Assembly: GCF_004010195.1 (NCBI RefSeq)
Contig: NC_057751.1
Span: 2,021,305-2,085,304, forward strand
DNA length: 64,000 bases
Source: Chiloscyllium plagiosum
Taxonomy: Eukaryota
Reading direction: 5' to 3'
This document shows, piece after piece, positions 13,930-27,034 of this stretch; position 1 is the stretch's first letter, and every line of letters begins with the position of its first letter. The notes under the pieces are model-generated. The model ran no database searches. It saw only the letters and a list, made by a program, of their open reading frames with translations, and had not been told where the DNA came from. Position numbers and translations under genes: made by a program.

Positions 13930-14690
13930 ATCATGGTGCGAGTTTCATGGTGAATGGTAGGGCCTTCAGGAGTGCAGTGGAAAGAGGGTCATTGAAGTTC
14001 AGGTGCTTGGTTCTCTGAATTTGGATTCACAGGTAGACAGGGAATACAGAAAGCTTTTGGCACACTGGCCTTCATTAGTCAGGGCACTGAGTATAGAAGT
14101 TGGGAAGTTTTGTTGCAGTTGTACAGGATGTTGGTGAGTCTGCACTTAGAATATTGTGTTCAGTTTTGGTCACCTTGCTAGAGGAAGGTTGTTATTAAAC
14201 TCCAAAGAGTGCAGAAGAAATTTGCAAGAATGTTGCCAGGATTCAATGGACTGAATTGTAGGGGGAGGTTGGACAAGCTAGGACCTTTTTCTGTACAGCA
14301 CAGGAGATCATTTGGAAGTGTGTAAGATCATGAGAGGCACGGATGGGGTGAATACACTTAGGCTTTTTCCAAGGGTTGGTGAATCTAGGACGAGAGGGTA
14401 TCAGTTTAAGATGAGAGGGGAAAGAATGAAAGGGAACTTGAGGGGCAGTGTTTTTACATTGAAGGGAGGTACGCATATGGAATGAGCTGCCCACAGAAGT
14501 AGTTGAGGCAGGTACATTAACAACATTTAAAAGGTATTTGGACAAATACAGGGACAGAAAAAGGGTAGAAGGATTTTGGAGTGAGTGCAGGGAAATGGTG
14601 TTCGCATTGATGGACATTTTGGTGGACATGATAGACCAGTTTGTACCAAAAGGCCTGTCTCAGTGCTGTAGGACTCTGTGAGTCCATGAC
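13930..14690 (+). mobile_element. CR1 3' portion
   Basis: Decayed LYRMLV..HLEYCVQFWSP and WNELP motifs; CR1 3' UTR. Confidence 0.85.
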
Positions 14691-14859
14691 CTTTGATTAA
14701 AGGTTAAAGCTAACTCTTTTGTCAGATATTGCCAGGTCTGCTAAATTTCTCCAACACTTCCTACTGTATTTCAGACCTGCTACTTACATGTCGATTGCAC
14801 CAACCTGTCTCAGTGCTTTTGAAGTTCAACATGACTCTTGAAAGTCCTTAACTTTTCCA

Positions 14860-16160
14860 AGTTAGTATTGTCTGAAAGTTTTAATATTGTGCACTGTACA
14901 CCAAAGATTAGATCATTCAGATATATCAGGCAGATCACAGTTCCAAACTACTGACCCCTGGGAATTTCATAGCAGATGTTCTTTCAGGTCATGTGTCTGG
15001 TCATTCAGCTAATTTCATATTCATGCTGTTCCTGTCCCTTTTATGAAATGAGAATATGACAAAATTGCTCAAAAAGGACTAAAAGAAATGAGAATATGAC
15101 AATCACCAAGAAATATGAAAACAGTTGGTAAATTTATTTTTTATACAATGTAGCGAGCAAGTAAGATAAAGGAGAGCAAGTTAAGTGATCTATTTGGATT
15201 TCCAGAAGTCTTTGACTAGGTGAGGTGAAGGAAGCTGCTAAATAAGATGAATACTTGGAAAAGTTGCAAGCATGGATAGAAGATTGGCCGAACAGCAAAA
15301 CAGAGAGTGAAGATAAAGGGGTCTTTTTTAGGATGGCAGACATTGACTTGAGGAGTTCTGTGGCATCTGTGTTGGGACAACAATTCATTTTGGATGAAGA
15401 AATTCTTTTGCAGCCACATTATTTATATGGTGAGTCCAGTTCAGTTGAGGAATAATATAATTGTATTGGAAGCAGCTCACAGAAGGTACACTCATGTGGT
15501 TCCATAATTGAATGGAATGCTTTCTGAGAGAATGTTGGACAGGGTAGGACAGCATCCACTGGAGTTGAGAAGAATTAGAAGTGATTGTTGTGAAACTGAC
15601 AAAATTATAAGGAGACTTGATAAAGTTCTGTGGATCCTGAAATGATGTTTTTGGACAGACGAGAACTTGTCTTTCATTTAAAAGTAAGGACTCTCTCGTT
15701 TAAGATAGAGATAAGGATGATATTTTTCATTATTAAGTGGATTAGAGAGTCAAATTGGGAGGATTATAAAGATTGTTGATTCCCAAATGAGTCCAAGTTT
15801 ACAGGGGAGATGGAAAAGTAAACTGAGATCGAATTCAGATCAACCATGATCAAATAGTAGAGCTAGCTCGAGCAACGAAATGGACTCTTCCTGCTTGTAT
15901 ATCTGTTGTGCAGTACTTCATCAAACTATTTTGCAAGTCCATGTACAGCACATTGGTCACAGCAGTAAAATCAATCCTCTCTGTTGTGTCATAAAAAAAC
16001 TCAAACAAGTGAGGCAGACACAAATTTGGTCTGAAAGAATCTGTGATGACTTTGCTTAATTTACATTCATTAGTCAAAGAGACCACAAATTCTGTCCTAA
16101 GTTATCATTTCTAAAAGCTTTCCCACCACCCCAGACTGGCCAGTAGTTGCTGGGCTTGTA
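14860..16160. mobile_element. Mosaic of old CR1 fragments in both orientations
   Basis: Decayed YLDFQK on + (~15190) and YMDLQ on - (~15940). Confidence 0.6.
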
Positions 16161-17840
16161 GTCGTTACAATTAGCGAATTTATCAGATTGCGACAGTTTG
16201 GAATTGTGTCTTCAATTTAATGTAAAGTGGAGGGCTCATGTGACCTGTTCAGAAATTTGCTTGACAGTGGATCTGGGATGGTTAAAGATCAAAGGGATAC
16301 CTGATAGGACAATGCGTTCATTGGGCAATGGCATTCAATGTTTCTGGTCAGGCAAAATAACAGGAATCTATGTTTCCCAAAATTCCATGAAGATGTTGAT
16401 AGATTCAGGCTAAAAACACCTGTGTTGTAAATTGCCAATTTTCTAAAATGAAACAAAGTTTGGGTCAGAAACATCTCAATGGGTTTCTAGTTTGATGTAA
16501 GGCTGAAGTGTTTCACATTTCTGTTGGGAATTTTGCCAGGGGAACCATTTTTGAGATCAGGTTACAGGCATCCCCAAATCAATGAAGATCACAGAAAGAC
16601 AGCAAAGTTCCATGTGATCAGCAGACAGAAAGGCTTGTTTCACTTTGTGAGCTACCAAAGCCGGATGTGAGAGAAAGATAGTGCATTGCAGGAGAGATGG
16701 ATCCTGCAACCATTTAAGAATGCCATGAGACTTGTCCTGGCATGGCCAGAGGGCAAGAATCAATGAAAATATTTTAGCGCTGGTCGTGAATTTAGCAAAG
16801 TCTGTGAAAACAAAGGGAAGTGTCCAGAGATGGTCCCTCACAGTTACTACATGATAAGATGGGGAAATGCTATCACATTGAAAGCTGGCAACAACAATGG
16901 ACTGTTCACTGTAATTCCTTGGAAAACACAGTGAGTGATGAGTTTAAAAGGGAAATGCTCCTTTCTATAGTTTGAATTATAAGTTGTGAAGATGAATTAG
17001 AAAATCAAATGGTGACACAATGTATAGATTTGCAGGGGGAGTTGCCCTGGAATTCCTCAATATTGACTTTTGGCTGCTTCTTGGCCACTTGAAGTTGCAT
17101 GACATTGGGTAAATATGAGCAAGGAAACCTCCTATTGATAACCATGTACTGCCCCTCATCAACTGATAAATGATGAACACCACTTGGAGCAAACAATGAC
17201 GTAAGCAAGGGTGCAAAATGTACATTGGGTCGGTGATTTCAATGTCTGCCATCAAGAGTAACTTGGTGGCCACAGCACTGTAGATCGAGCTGATCCTGTC
17301 CAAAAGGGCACTGCTCTTGGACTTCGTCTGCAGTGAATGGCAAGGGAACCGGCAAGAGGGAAAACATTCTTGACCTCATCCTCACCAATCTCTGTCTACT
17401 GCAGATGCATCTGTCCATGAAAGAGATGGTAATCGTGGCCATCGCACAATGCTTGTGGAGACCAGGACCCGTCTTCACATGAGAATGCATTCCATTGTGA
17501 TGTGTGATATTGTCAACAAGCTCAATGGGATAGTTTTCAACTAGAACTGGCAAATGAAGACTGGGCATCCATGAGATGCTGTGGACCACCATCAGCAGCA
17601 GAATTGTACTCCAGTACAATGTGCAACCTCATGGCCTGGCATATTTCCCCAATGAACTGTTACCATCAAACGAAGACATCAACCCAGGTTCAATGAAGAA
17701 TGCAGGAGGGCATGCCAGTAGCAGTACCAGGCATCCTGAAAATGAGCTGTCAACTTGGTGAAGCGAGAAAATGGAACCGTTCATGCGGTAAACAGCATAC
17801 GTAGCAACTAACAGACAGAGCTAAGCAATTCCACAACAAA

Positions 17841-18750
17841 CATAAGACCATAAGACCATAAGACATAGGAGTGGAAGTAAGGCCATTCGGCCCATCAAGT
17901 CCACTCCGCCATTCAATCATGGCTGATGCGCATTTCAGCTCCACTTACCAGCGTTCTCCCCGTAGCCCTTAATTCCTCGAGACAACAAGAATCTATCAAT
18001 CTCGGCCTTGAAGACATTTAGCGTCCCGGCTTCCACTGCACTCCGTGGCAATGAATTCCACAGGCCCACCACTCTCTGGCTGAAGAAATGTCTCCGCATT
18101 TCTGTTCTGAAATGACCCCCTCTAATTCTAAGGCTGTGTCCACGGGTCCTAGTCTCCTCGTTCAACTGAAACAATTTCCTAGCATCCACCTTTTCCAAGC
18201 CATGTATTATTTTGTACGTCTCTATTAAGTCTCCACTTAATCTTCTAAACTCCAACGAATACAATCCCAGTATCCTCAGCCGTTCCTCATATGTTAGACC
18301 TGCCATTCCAGGGATCATCCGTGTGAATCTCCGCTGGACACGTTCCAGTGCCAGTATGTCCTTCCTGAGGTGTGGGGACCAAAACTGGACACAGTACTCC
18401 AAATGGGGCCTAACCAGAGGTTTATAAAGTCTTAGTAGTACATCTCTGCTTTTGTATTCCAACCCTCTTGAGATAAGAGACAACATTGCATTCGCTTTCT
18501 TAATCACGGACTCAACCTGCATGTTTACCTTTAGAGAATCCTTGACTAGCACTCCCAGATCCCTTTGTGGTTTGGCTTTATTAATTTTCTCACCATTTAG
18601 AAAGTAGTCTATGCTTTTATTCTTTTTGCCAAAGTGCAAGACCTCGCACTTGCTCACGTTAAATTCCATCAGCCATTTCCTGGACCACTCTCCCAACCTG
18701 TCAAGATCCTTCTGCAGCCTCCCCACTTCCTCAGTACTACCTGCCTGTCC
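17841..18750 (-). mobile_element. Young 5'-truncated CR1 with uninterrupted ORF2 C-terminus
   Basis: Stop-free ~270 codons (LQKDLDRLGEW...LVRPHLEYCVQFWSP...LWNSLP) to stop at 17935; (cataagac)3 terminal repeat. Confidence 0.95.
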
Positions 18751-19152
18751 ACAGATCAGATTTAGGCTCTGCAGCCCAACCACATCGAGTCGTGAATGGT
18801 GGTGGACAATTGCTGTGGACAATTGCTATGTACCAGGCCAGACCCCTTCAAACCATTTCAAGAAAGTAGCTCTGACCCCAGCTTTGCTAATTGCTTCTAG
18901 TAGGTATCGAGTGGATATTTCAGGAGTGATGCAACTGGCCCAACCACTGAGTTTTAAACAAAACAGAATTTATGTGCAAGATTACTGAATGAAGCATGAA
19001 CAAAAGAACACAGAATACAGAATAAATTAACCTATCTGAAAATCCAACAGATTATCCCAATTTAATGATGCTGTTCCAAATACGTGCAACAATCCCCATA
19101 AACACCCCTGTGGAAAAAAAGGAAGTTCAAATACAGGGTCTTACAACTTCAT

Positions 19153-19266
19153 AAAGATAAAAGCAAACTTTGACAAAGGGTCAGTTAGACTCGAAACGTC
19201 AGCTCTTTTCTCTCCTTATAGATGCTGCCAGACCTGCTGAGATTTTCCAGCATTTTCTCTTTTGGT
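19153..19266 (+). mobile_element. PLE pseudo-LTR insert, family B
   Basis: Matches the 3' end of PLE 31603-34033; flanking repeat ggtcttacaacttcat at 19137-19152 and 19264-19279. Confidence 0.85.
19166..19204 (+). ncRNA. Minimal type I hammerhead ribozyme motif, U3-A8 core variant
   Basis: aact-TTGACAA-A-GGGTC agtta GACTC-GAAA-C-GTC-agct; paired stem II, palindromic ACGT stem III. Confidence 0.7.
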
Positions 19267-20439
19267 CTTACAACTTCATGACTGACTGCCTGCTGAAACC
19301 AAACCAAACCAAACCAGAGAAAAACTGAGCTGGGAGAACTGGCCACTCCCCTTTCAGTACACATGTGCTTTTATTTAAACTTGAAAGCCTTTTTCCTGAG
19401 GCAGTATCTGCTAGTTTTAATTGGCCCTAAAACCCTTCAAAGCCAGACCTCCCAGCAACTCTGAGTTTACAATCACGTTGAAAAAAAAAACCAAGGACAA
19501 CATTACCTTATTAAGGGAGCAGCATCATCACACAATTAAACAACTCATTGAAGGAATATGCTCCATGAACATTCTCATCAATGACGGGGAAACCCAACAC
19601 ATCAGTGCAAAATAAAAAGCCTGAAGTATTCACAATAAATTTCAGCCAAAAGTTCCCAGTGGATGGTCTATCTCGGCCTCCTCCACAGGATCCAGCATCA
19701 CAGATGCTAGTCTTCAGAAATTTGATTCACTGCACGTGATATCAAGAAATGGCTGGAGGCATAGGATACTGCAAAGGCAATGGGCCCTGAGAACATTCTG
19801 ACAATAGCACTAGAGACATATGTTCCAGAACATGATGCATCCCCAGCCAACCTGTTTCAACACAATGGTGTCTACCTGACAATGTGGAAGATTGCCCAGG
19901 TTGGGTACTGAACACAGAAAGGACAAATCTAACTCAAGCAATTCCTGCCCCATCAGTCTACTCTCAATTATTAGTAAATGGTGGAAGGTGTCATCAATAG
20001 TGTCATTAAACAGCACTTGCTGAGCAATCACCTGCTCACTAATGCCCAGTTTGCATTCAGCCAGAGCACTCAGTTCCAGACCTCATCACAGTCTTGGATC
20101 AAACATGGACAAAAGATCCAAATTCAAGAGGTGAGGTGAGAGTGACAGCCATTGACATCAAGGCCACATTTGACCAAGTACGGCATCAAGGAGCCCAACC
20201 GAAATTGGAATCAATGGGAATTTGGGACAAACTCTCAATGAGTTCCAGTCACACAGGAAGATTGTGTGTTGTTGTTGGAGGGTAATCATCTTAACTCCAT
20301 GACATCTGGACATGAGTTCCTCAGGGTAGTGTCCAAGATCCAACAATCTCCAGTGATGATTGCACAGTGCACAACTTTTCAGATATTGAAGTCCAAATGC
20401 AACAAGACCTGGACAATGTTGAGGCTTGGGCTGTCAAAT

Positions 20440-23267
20440 ATCGGAGTCAAAAGGTATGGTGCTGGAAAAGCACAGCAGGTCAGGCAGCATCCGAGGAGCA
20501 GGAGAGTCGACCTTTTGAGCATAGGCCCTTCATCAGGAATGTGGGGTCAGGTGCCAAGGGGGCTGAAACGTAAATGGGAGGGGGTGGGGCTGGAGCTGGG
20601 GCTAAGGTAGATCTGGAATGAGATGAGGGGAGGGGAGATGAGGAAACTAATGAAATTGATATTGATGCTGTGTGGTTGGAGGGTCCCAAGGTGGAAGATA
20701 AGGTGCTTGTCCTCCAAGTGCAGGGTGGCTTGGGTATGGCAGTGGAGGAGGCCCAGGACCTGCATGGCCTCAGCAGAGTGGGAGGGGGAGTTGACGTGGT
20801 TGGCCACAGAGCTGTCGGGTTGTTGGGTGCGTGTGTCCCAGAGATGTTCTCTGAACTGTTCTGCAAGTTGGCGTCCTGTCACCCGAGTGACCTCACCCAC
20901 TCCAGAGACAGTCTCCGCCCCCACTCCCAACTCCAGCCCTATACAGGTCCTAACCCCCAGCCCTGCCATATTTTTCCCATCTCCCTAGATCTCCTCCTCA
21001 CTGAGGATGAACAATCAGTCCTCAGTAAAGGTTTTACCTTCATCCCACTATACTTCCAGATCAATTAATTCAATGCGCATCGCGACATTTAATTTTCTTC
21101 CGCTGTCTCCGTCTCCATACTTACTTTTTCCATCAGGACTCCCTCCCACCCTCTGAAGACCCCTTTGCCTGCCTCCAACACACACCATCCACTTGGACAC
21201 CCTGTACTAGTCTGTTAATTACCCTCGATCACTTCATCTTCAACTACCACTGTGACATTGACCACCCCAACCTGTTTGCCTCTCACCCACTCCAACCTCT
21301 CACCCTCACAACGCGCAACCCTCCACTCCCTCTGCTTCAACCCCAATCTCACCATCAAACTACTGGACAAGGGGGGGGGAGGGGGGGGGGCGGGCGCAGT
21401 GGTAATTTGGTGCATCTACCTGTACATCGCTGATGCTAGGCGCCAACTCACAGACACCTCCTCCTACCGTCTCCTCGACCATGACTTCACCTCTCATCAC
21501 CAAACTATCACCTCCCAGACCATCCACAACATCATCACTTCAGGGGATCTCCCATCCACAGCTTCCAACTTAGTTCCAACATAGTTCAGGAACCTCACGC
21601 CATCTAGTTCGACTCTTACCCAAAATTCACAAACCTGCTTGTCCCGGTCGACGCATCATCTCTGCCTGCTCCTGACCCACCGAACTTATCACCTCATACC
21701 TTGACACCCCCCTCCCACCTTGGTTTAGGAACTTTCCACTTACATTTGGGACACCACCCATGCCCTCCACCTCCTCCATGACTTTCAGTTTCCCGGCCCC
21801 TAATGCCTCATCTTCACCATGAACATCCAGTTCCTATATATGGCCATCTGCCATGATGAAGAATTCCAAGCCCTCCGTTTCTTCCTCTCCTGCCGACCCA
21901 ACCAGTATCCCTTCATCAACACAGTCATTCGATTGGCTGAACTGGTCCTCACCCTCAACGACTTCTCCGTCAAATCTTCCCACTTCCTCCAGACCAAAGC
22001 GGTAGCCATGGGCGCCCGCATGGGCCCCAGTGATGCCTGCTTCTTTGTCGGGTATGTGGAACAGTCCATCTTTTGCAGCTAAACCGGCACCATTCCCCAC
22101 TTTTTCCTCTGCAACATTCATGTCTGTATCGGTGCCACCTTGTACTCCCACAAGGAGGTTGTACAGTTCATCAACTTCACCAACACCTTACACCCTGACC
22201 TCAAGTTCAATTGGACCATCTTGGACACCTCCCTCCCATTCCTGAACCTCTCTATCTCCATTTCCAGCGACCAACTCAACACAGACATGGACTTCAAACC
22301 CTCTGACACCCACAGCCACCTGGATTACCCCTCCTTCCATCCGCTCTCCTGTAAAAACACTATCCCTTACTCCTAATTCCTCTGCCTCCAGGAGGAGCAA
22401 TTCTACCCCAGAACTCCCCCAGATGGCCTCCAACTTCAAGGACCGTAATTTCCCCTCCCACATGATCAACAATGTTTTCCAACGCATCTCCTCCACTTCC
22501 CGCACCTCTGATCTTGAACCCCACCCCTCCAACTGCAACAAAGATAGAACCCCCACCCCAGTCCTCACCTTCAACCCTGCCAAACTCTGGATGCCACACA
22601 TCATCCCCCAGCAGTTCTGCCGCCTCCAGTCAGGCCCCATCACCACAGATATATTTCCTTCCCGACCCCTGTCTGCGTTCTGCAGAGAACATTCCCTCCA
22701 TGACTCCCTTGTTAGGTTCACGCACCCAACAAACTCAATGCCCTATGGCCAACCACATCAACTCCCCTCCCACTCCACCAAGGACATGCAAGTCCTGGGC
22801 CTCCTCCACTGCCAAATCCAAGCCACGCGATGCCTGGGGGAAGAATGCTTCATTTTCCGCCTTGGGACCCTTCAAGCACACACCATCAATGTCGATTTCA
22901 CCAAGTTCCTCATGTCCCCTCCCCCCACCTTATTCCAAATCCAACCTTCCAACTCGGCATCGCTCTCTTGGACTGTCCTACCTGTCCATCTTCCTTCCCA
23001 CCAATCCGCTGCACCCTCTGCTCTGACCTATCACCATCACTCCCACTTTCATCTACCGGTCAAATTCGCAGCTACCTTCCTCCCTGCCCCACCCCTCTCC
23101 CATTTATCTTTTAGCCCCATTGATCCTCCCCCTGCCACATTCCATTTCGGGCTGATGCCCAAAACGCCAATTCTGGTGCTCCTCGAATGCTGCCTGACGT
23201 ACTGTGCTTTTCCAGCACCACACTTTTTGACTCTGATTTCCAGCATCTGCAATCCACACTTTCTCCT
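20440..23267 (+). mobile_element. Penelope-like element, family A, with inverted 5' copy of its 3' end
   Basis: RT QTKAVAMGARMGP, FNWTI..LPFLNLSI; pLTR ends tttctcct; 20440-~20880 is the antisense GIY-YIG C-terminus plus pLTR; degenerate TSD ttgggctgtcaaat / ttgagctgataaat. Confidence 0.92.
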
Positions 23268-23689
23268 TGAGCTGATAAATGGCAAGTAACTATCACACCA
23301 CACAAATGCCAGGCAATGACCATTTCCAACAAGAAAAAATCAATCATTGTCCCTTCACATTCAATGGCATTACCACTGCTGAATCTCCAATTATCAATAT
23401 CCTAAGGATTATAATTGTCCAGAAACTGATCAGGGCTGACCACATAAAATAATGGCTGCAGAAGCAAGTCAGAGGTTTGGAATTCTGCAGTGAATAACTC
23501 ACCTCTTAACTCCTCAAAGCTTGTCTTCAATCGAAAAGGCATATGTCAGGAGTGTGATGGACTACTCCCTACTTGACTGGATGACTGCAGTTCCAAAAAC
23601 ACTCAAGAAGCTTGACACCATCCATAACAAAGCAAGCTCATTTGATTAGCACCACATCCACAAACATCAATTCCCTCCACCACTTGGAA

Positions 23690-23880
23690 TCCTCATGTTA
23701 ATTCCAAATTAAAACAAGTTACAGATGAAAACTAATGTCCAAAAGATGAAAGTTGGATGAAATTATGGTGGGAAAACAGAATGCAGATAAATGTTCAACA
23801 GTTAGATGAGGTATTTCAATTCCGAAATCTGGGAAGCATCTTGTCAGAAAATGAACACTGCCAGAAATAAATCAACGAGA
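23690..23880 (+). mobile_element. RTE-clade LINE fragment
   Basis: QLDEVFQFRNLGSILSENEHCQK resembles the RTE LExVxxFxYLGS motif. Confidence 0.6.
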
Positions 23881-24504
23881 AGCACTTTAGAACTTCAGCA
23901 AAATTCTTTAGACAGTAGTTTTCAAACCCACAATCACTACCATCTACAATGACAAAAGCAACAAACACATGGCATGAGCATCCCGACTTGGAAATGTGTT
24001 GTTATTCATGAAACGTTACTGGGTCAAAATCCTGGAACATTGTGGAACTACCTGCAGCATTTGAACTGCAGCAGTTCAACAAGGCAGCTTCAGTCACAGC
24101 CAAATTCCGTGTCTGACTTTATAGGTTGATACTGAAACAGAGTATTTTAATGTGGTATTTCAGCAGCATGAACCAGTCGACTTTAAAGAGATTCCAATGT
24201 TGGAGAAGGAAAACAGATTTGATTTGATATAATATCTTTCATTACCTCAGGATGTCTCAAATCACTTTACAATGAGATACTTTAAGTCACTACTGTAAAG
24301 CAGAAATACATGGCAGTCAATTTATCCATCGATAAATCTTACAAATAGCAACTTGATAATGAACAGATTGTCTACTGCAGATGTTAAGTGAGGGAAAAAT
24401 TATGGTCTGTTCTGCAGTATCAATTAAGGGTTAGGATTCACTTGAGAAACTGCAATTTCTGTCCGGGTAAAACAATTAATTCCTGCAGCAATAGAATCCT
24501 AATT

Positions 24505-24950
24505 CTAAACTGAAACAACTGTTGGACTAAAAACTAACATGCAAAAAGATGCAAGTTGCAAAAGTTGGAAGAAACGGTGGGGGAAATGTTCAACTGGATG
24601 AGGTATCACAATTTACATATCTGGGAAGCACCTTGTCACCTCTTGGGCAATGCCAGAAATAAATCAGAACCAGAACAGCAATGACAAAGAAATTGTTCTC
24701 CAAACATAAAGAATTGCTCATCAAAAAAAAATGAGAAGGGAACTGAATAAAAGAGCTGTAAAAACATGTTTTTTTTTAGTTTTGTTGTATATGGCTAAAG
24801 ACAGACCTTTAGAAAAGCAGACATCCAAAGACTGTAACATTGTGAAGTGTGGTTCTGGAAAAGGCTGGAATGGGTCAGTTGCAGAGAACACAATTGCAGT
24901 GAAGATGTTCTCAGGATGGTGAAAGAGGAAAAGCCATTTCCAGATACTGT
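24505..24950 (+). mobile_element. RTE-clade LINE fragment
   Basis: QLDEVSQFTYLGSTLS..CQK*IRTRTAMTKKLF; similar to 23690-23880. Confidence 0.65.
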
Positions 24951-24992
24951 GAAAGTTTTGTCTGTTCTATTCGGGAGCTTTTAAACTAGTAT

Positions 24993-25352
24993 TTTTTAAA
25001 TTCATTCATGGGATCAGGGTGTCACTGGGTATATTTGCATTTATTGCCCATCCACAATTGCCCAGAGGGCATTTCAAGATTCAACCAGATTGCTGGTGGG
25101 TCTGAAGTCACAGATAGGCGAGATCAGGTAAGGATAGCAATTTCCTTCCCGAAAGGACATTAGTGCATGAGATGGGTTTCTCAAACAATGGACATTGGAT
25201 TCACGGCCATCATTGGACTCTTAATCCTAAATTTGTTTTTGGATTCAAATCCCACCATTTGCTTTAGCAGGATTTGAACCAGAGTCCCCATGACATTCCC
25301 GGGGTCCAGGGATGAAAAGTCCAGGTGGTAATATCACAAGGTCATTGCCTCC
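24993..25352 (-). mobile_element. tRNA-derived SINE with LINE-derived tail
   Basis: Antisense tail catttattgcccatccacaattgccc; antisense B-box ggatttgaacc near 25270. Confidence 0.75.
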
Positions 25353-25689
25353 CCTCTTCAACCTCGCTGGGGGGAGGGGACAGGGAGATAGAGAAAGCAG
25401 AAGAGAAAGACATATAAGGATGGTTCTCAAGTTAAAGACAGAAAGTTAATCAGACAAGGTGGGCAACAGCAAGTCAGAGAATGAGGTAACTCTGAAGAAC
25501 AAACAGTGCAGTTTCACAGTTTACCTTGGGAGACCTAATATCAGAATTGTGTACTGCAGCTGGGAGGGATCAGTGATGATTTCAGAGCCTGATCAGCTCA
25601 GTGTTTGATTTTAAGACTGATAAAATTTATCAATTTTAACCTTTTTTTTCGCAAATCTGTAATCGTGATTTGGGTGAGGGTAAACTTGA

Positions 25690-26180
25690 AAAGGTTCAGA
25701 AAAGATTTACAGGGATGTTGTCAGGATTGGAGGCTTTGACCAATAGGAGAGACTGAATAGGCTGGGGCTTTCCCTGGAGAATTGGAGGCTCAAGAATGAC
25801 CTTCCAGAGGTTTATAAAATCATGAAGGGCAAGGATAAGGTGCAGAACAAAGGTCATTTTCCTCAGATGGGGGAGTTCAAAACAAAGGGGCATTTTTTAA
25901 AGTGAGGGGAGAAAGATTTAAAAGGCACCTAGGGGCAACTTTTTTTCACCCAGAGGATGAAATGTAGAATGCACCCATATGTGGAATGAACTGCTAGAGG
26001 AAATGATATGTGAAGGTACAGTTTCAACATTTAAAATACATTTGGAGAGGGACATGAATAAGAAAGGTTTAGAGGGATATGGATCAAATGCAGGCAATTG
26101 GGACTAGTTTAATTCAGGAAACTTGGTTGGCATGGACTGGTTGGACTGAAGGGATTCTTTCTGTGTAGTTGACTCTATAA
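25690..26180 (+). mobile_element. CR1 3' end
   Basis: VQKRFTGML, EVYKIMKG and CR1 3' UTR. Confidence 0.85.
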
Positions 26181-27034
26181 CAAGATTTGTTTCGCTGTAT
26201 TGCAAGACAAGAGAAGCAAGAGCTGATTTAAGGAAGATTAAAAGGATGTAGGGAGAGGTGGAAAAGAATGATGATGTTAGGCAATTTTAAATTGCAAATG
26301 TGAGATTGTGAGGCATGGAGAATGAGTAGAGGAACTGCTGTTCAACGCTGACTACTACAACTGGGAAATCCAGATGAATAAGACCTGTTTTTCTGACAAG
26401 AACTATCTACTGTATGTTTGGTGTTCCACATCAGTGGGGCAGAGCAGTTGAAATCAGGCTTCACTATTCCCAGAGTCATCGCAGAAGTAAAAGATTTTTA
26501 AAACTAAGCAGAATCCCTTAGTTTACCTGTTTCATAGACCCAAGCTGACAAAATACACAGATTAGGTTCCTGAATTAAACAAGAATTATGATTTTAAATT
26601 AATAAATAAATAGCTAACTGCAGATAGAAGGAAACTTGAGTCATCAATGTATGACTTCATACGTTAAAAGACTACCCCACTTGGAGACTGCCTGCTTGCA
26701 CACATATTGAGACAGAAACAGACAGAAAAAAGAAAATACACTTTATGGGTGGAAGAACAGACTGGGAAGGCAGTACAAAGATCCCTGTTCACATGGTTTG
26801 CTGAGATGGTCCTTTTGGCTTGTCGGTACATGCTGCTTCTTGATTCTCCTTTTCCAGATACCTGTATTTGCTTGCTGAAAGTACAGATGGCTGGTTAATG
26901 CTATTAAAGCCTCTGGCTTACTGGTGAAGACTAACAGTTTACAGAAACTGCTGAGGAAAAAAAACTGGCTTTTTTCAAGCTTAAACTGTTATTTTTACCA
27001 TAGAGGAGTGACAACTCCTCTCCTGGCCGATATA

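Larger units (their letters stand above)
18824..19532. mobile_element. Solo LTR (probably Gypsy-type)
   Basis: TG...CA ends with imperfect terminal inverted repeat (TGCTATG / CATCACA), 4-bp TSD caat (18820-18823, 19533-19536); host LINE sequence resumes after it. Confidence 0.7.
17050..24070 (+). mobile_element. Long decayed CR1/L2-group LINE hosting nested insertions
   Basis: Endonuclease GDFNV/LDLILTN (17230-17390), RT AIDIKATFDQVRH (~20150), QQDLDNVEAWA before the PLE and DKWQVT..HKCQAMTISN after it; 3' part 23900-24070. Confidence 0.85.

Noticed and set aside
15045..15102. 18-bp direct repeat gaaatgagaatatgacaa with spacer, CRISPR-like
   Set aside because: Only two copies in vertebrate DNA with no cas genes; a simple local duplication.
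16557..16841. Minus-strand ORF with a decent acceptor near 16803
   Set aside because: No recognisable protein and no partner exon.
22423..23289. 288-aa Pro/His-rich ORF
   Set aside because: Decayed PLE C-terminus read through into the C-rich pLTR.
26450..27030. Possible second solo LTR
   Set aside because: No TG..CA termini or TSD could be defined.
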